DNA of 64,000 nt from Balanoglossus misakiensis (Eukaryota > Animalia > Hemichordata). Under the pieces are notes generated by a model. That model was not told the DNA's origin and made no database searches. It saw nothing but the letters and a program-made list of their open reading frames with translations. This document shows, piece by piece, positions 60,101 to 64,000 of the stretch. Positions within the stretch are counted from its first letter, which is position 1, and the number at the start of each line of letters is the position of its first letter. The position numbers and the translations under genes are program-made. Location: positions 3,332,303-3,396,302 of the forward strand of contig CM082582.2 in NCBI GenBank assembly GCA_040954595.2. The letters run 5' to 3'.

Positions 60101-63100
60101 TTCTGTCACCGTGCATGCGACTGCGCACATCAGCACCATATTGAAAATAGACTCAAGTTTTAATTTCCAATTTATACAGGCCAGTCAATAAACTGACAGA
60201 ATGTCAGGCCACAGAGTATTGTCCACACATACTATTCTACTTATTTTCCCAAATAACTTCATTTAGACAGAATAGACACAAGGATTTCTGTCTGTTATTA
60301 TGACAAACAAATACTGGAACGTCAAAAATTGCCTATTTCCTAATTCATACTATAATTTTATTATAGGTAATTTGATTGGCAGCCACCTGTTTCTGTAAGT
60401 GCCAAACAGACAAAGATGACGAGGGTTGACAATACGCTTGCATACGAATTATAATATTTAATTTTATGGATTGGAAACAATTGCAACCGACAAGTGATTA
60501 AAACAAAGAGAAAATCATCATGGATAATTGACAAAAGTAGTTAATCACTCCCAAGTTATCAAAAACTAAAAGACTGTTCCATAGACTTTTATTGTAGTAC
60601 TAGTAGCATTCTTCCTAGTAACGCAGTGGTCAAAAAACTTAAGACACAGCTCTCTGGATTCAAACATGATATATTGATGGCTGAATGTTGTATTTCAGAC
60701 TAAAATATGTTGAACTCGCGCCACTCGCTAACAGGGTGAGGCATAGCCTATTTGATAAAGATGGTTTGTCATCAACCACAGGCAAAATGCGAATAATGGC
60801 TGCCTTTGCTTAGTGATTGACTGATTATTAGGTTTGACAAAGACGCAGGTAATACGCCACAGGGTAGCATCTGTTGAAATCCTTGGGATAATTTATCAGA
60901 AGTTACCAGGGTAACCACTTTAATAGGATTTAGGATAAGATGGTTTAACATTCCCACGTGTCTGTTTCACTCCTTGAGATCTGCGTAGATGACTCTAAAT
61001 GCATGGTTGTTTACAAGATAAATGGCTTCCTCTTTATCTTTATAATTATGACAGATATTACGAATAAATTCAAACAAAACGTACATTTGCTATTAATGTA
61101 GCAATCGTCAATGCAAATTGACCAATTTGCCTTAACCATATTCAAAGGCACTTTCACCCTTCCCTTCTCATGTCTGTTGTAACAAATATTTTAAATTTTG
61201 ACAAGTTAAATTGCAATTTTACAAAATTTCTGACAAACTTACCCCAAACTGACGAACAAATAAATTAGTCCTCTAGTCCCAGGGTAATAAATCTAAAATA
61301 AAGACATAAAGGGGTAGATTTCATTTCAAAATATTGTAGCTAGTAATCCTCTGTCCTTAGTTGGACTAGACATACCGTGATATTTCATATAATATGATAC
61401 GACTGAATCATTTGACAGAAATGGCTTCATTTAATGCATTCAAGCAACTAGAGTACCTCTCGTTTATTTGAGATATCAATATATGTGATTTTCCATGAAA
61501 ATAGATCAAACTTTAGCAGAATATTCAATTCATTTTCACCAATGAAGTTCATGATCTAGTTACGCCATAGATACATATTTACTGTTCCCCATATTTTTTG
61601 TACGTTTTTGCATTATGTGAAAAATGGTTTTACTTTTAGGGTGTTGGCATGTACCTTGCAAGAAATGCTTCTCAATATTGCTGGGAGGATATGATCAAGC
61701 TTAAGAATAAAGCAGATTATAATATCTCATCATTACTGTCACAGAGAGCCGTACTGCCCATTTCCCCAATTGGGCTGAAACTCGCCATGGCTTCAGTGAT
61801 GACGTCTATTGCATATGTGAAAAAGACACCTTCAGCCAAGAACATGCAAACAAATCAACATCCTCCATCTACTCACTGTAGTCCAAAACTGGGACAACCA
61901 AGGACAAAGCAAGGAACAAAGTAAATGTTGAGTGGGTGCGCCATTTGGTAACTTAATACACATGATGGATAAGCCTCGCATTAAAATTGAGCCCATATCA
62001 ACGTGCAATCAATCAACGTATCCACAGCTGAGACCTCCGCTTCTATTCCCTTCTCTTCTTTCCTTGGGTGAAACTGAGTCACTCGCAATAGCTACAAATG
62101 TATTTTCTTCCCATGATCCTAGCAAAATATTTCCATCCAATGTTCACCTCAAGGTTGACATTAACGTTTAAACCAATATTTGAGTGATTTGTTATTTTAC
62201 TTCACTTTTTGAAATTGTGCGCCCTTGCCTTTACTTTAAAATACCTGTATGTGCCATGTGATCACTAGTATTTCACCCAAATATGTGAATTTTCAACCAT
62301 GAGGTGTTATCCGTAACGAAAAACCTGAATGCACTGTTTATAAGCTCATGTGTTTATAAATATGATAAAAACGGAAAAAGAATTTCTTTAAAACATGATT
62401 TTGGAGTTAGGGATTATTTATGCATGTTCAAGGGCCTCATCGACCACAGTTCATGAACAATGATCGTGAAATGCCAGAATGTCACAGAATGTTGTCATGG
62501 CCAATAAAATTCAAAAAGTGTGTTTTATTTCGATGTACTTTCTTGTGGGTGTTATTATTCATTTTCAAAATTATTATTTTAAAAGCAATAACATACATGA
62601 GATTCTGGTACAATTCGAGAGCGAAGTGTACCCAAATTGAGTGTATACCCGACTGAGGAGGGGTTATATTGTTATATTATATCAACAATTGATTTTGTGG
62701 CATATCAGTGCCTTTTTCTTTAATAACGAAACAGCGTCTGGAAGAGAATTTTTAAATGTGAAGAAACTCGTGACGATGAATGTAAACACGAGCGCCCGGG
62801 ATCGAGCATTAAATATGAAGCAGGCGACAAAAAGTGACAAGACAGGCATCGCGCATGACAATTGCCACATATTCCAACAGAAGAGTTCCAAAATAAAATG
62901 TCCGTAAATGTAACAGTTGTTTTATTTATTTGGTTTAATCTGACATGACTGTGGTTTAGGCTAAGGCCAAAACAAAAAAAATGAAATGTTTCTGGTCAGC
63001 GCATGTGTCACTTGAATAACAGCGCGTCACCCCTTTTTTTCCTGTTTTGTGGTGGCGGCCACAGAAAACTACATACTCCTTCAGCTAGCTATAAATCACA

Positions 63101-64000
63101 TGATACATTGGGGTGCGTGATCTGAGTGACTGCATGAACAGTATACATTCCTTACTGTACAAAATAAGGATGATTCGAAACGTCAAAACTGTCAAAATAT
63201 GTAACAGTTTAATTTTGTTGATAACCTCTAGACGAAATGCTTACTTCAATAGCAACTTGATTTCTCAAGGAAATTAAAATAACCAAAAACTGATATCTTA
63301 ATCTGTATGAAAGACACCACCAATATTGATCTCACTACAATGATCCATACGCAATCTAAACCGCTTGTAACTGCATCAATTCAGGAATTTCCCGCCACTT
63401 GATGTTTTGGTAAACACTTTCGAATATTTAATCCTGCCTATATACAAGCGAACGGTTCATATCAATCCAAAGTGACCAAAAATGGTAAAAGATATAACGG
63501 CATTGTTTCTTTACATTGTGATGGCCCCCAGTACTCTATATGAACACCACTTAGCCACACATTGCGTATTGATCTTGAGATATCTCGTGTGTAGATTTAG
63601 TTGTTGTGGATGATACATTGTTTAGAGCTGTTTCCATGGAAATGACTTGGTTCTCTGTAGTACATGAATAAGCTAAGAAGAAAAGTACTTTCCAATTTGA
63701 AATGTATGAAATGACTCTCAGCACTACTGCTTGGTTGACAAGAAAATAAGAGTAATGTATACGTCAATCGATAGACATATAGAGGAAATCTGACACAGAC
63801 CATGTTTTCAGTAACAATGGAAAGTCCTAATATAATTACAAATCCAATGAGAAGAAACCCTTAAGATGAATTGAATAAGGAAGACCGGGAATTTTTCATC
63901 AAACTTGGGATTAAATTGCTGTTGTATTGCAGTCCTTGAAATTGGAGGTTCGGGCATATTATCAACTCGCCTTTTGTCAAACGCAGATTGATTCGTGTTT

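Noticed and set aside
54800-64000. Scattered 60-90 aa ORFs in the AT-rich distal region
   Set aside because: No recognisable motifs or consistent exon chain. Probably intergenic or intronic DNA with old repeat fragments, though small or non-coding exons cannot be excluded.

Overview
Eukaryotic (metazoan, probably marine invertebrate) genomic DNA with GT-AG introns, so the ORF track shows only exon fragments. I spliced five protein-coding genes by hand with consistent intron phases. (1) Minus strand, 14793 to <77: the 5' part (27 exons, about 1420 aa, running off the window) of a very large secreted protein with a vitellogenin/LLT-type N-terminus, an amphipathic helical region, a degenerate LECT2/M23 module, a SAP motif and a Cys-rich module. 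(2) Plus strand, 20679-26097: a secreted PAN-EGF-TSP1-TSP1-pentraxin-TSP1-pentraxin mosaic protein (727 aa). (3) Minus strand, 33557-32778: a 77-aa prepropeptide, invisible in the ORF track, predicted to release a 29-aa 8-cysteine peptide (NFGCNCIDCSSCPPEGVTSCCFTSSTCCT) after an RNKR site. (4) Plus strand, 37408-39798: a CALHM-family channel (282 aa). (5) Minus strand, 54058-45124: a membrane NIT-domain guanylate cyclase (620 aa) whose catalytic Asn/Arg are replaced. The window also has a decayed L2/CR1-group LINE, a 5' LINE fragment, a near-identical 2369-bp tandem duplication carrying tRNA-Asn(GTT) and the last exon of gene 2, several MITE/hairpin elements, a Helentron-like element and microsatellites. 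No genes were recognised in about 54.8-64 kb. All gene models and family assignments come from manual reading and motif recall, not database searches.
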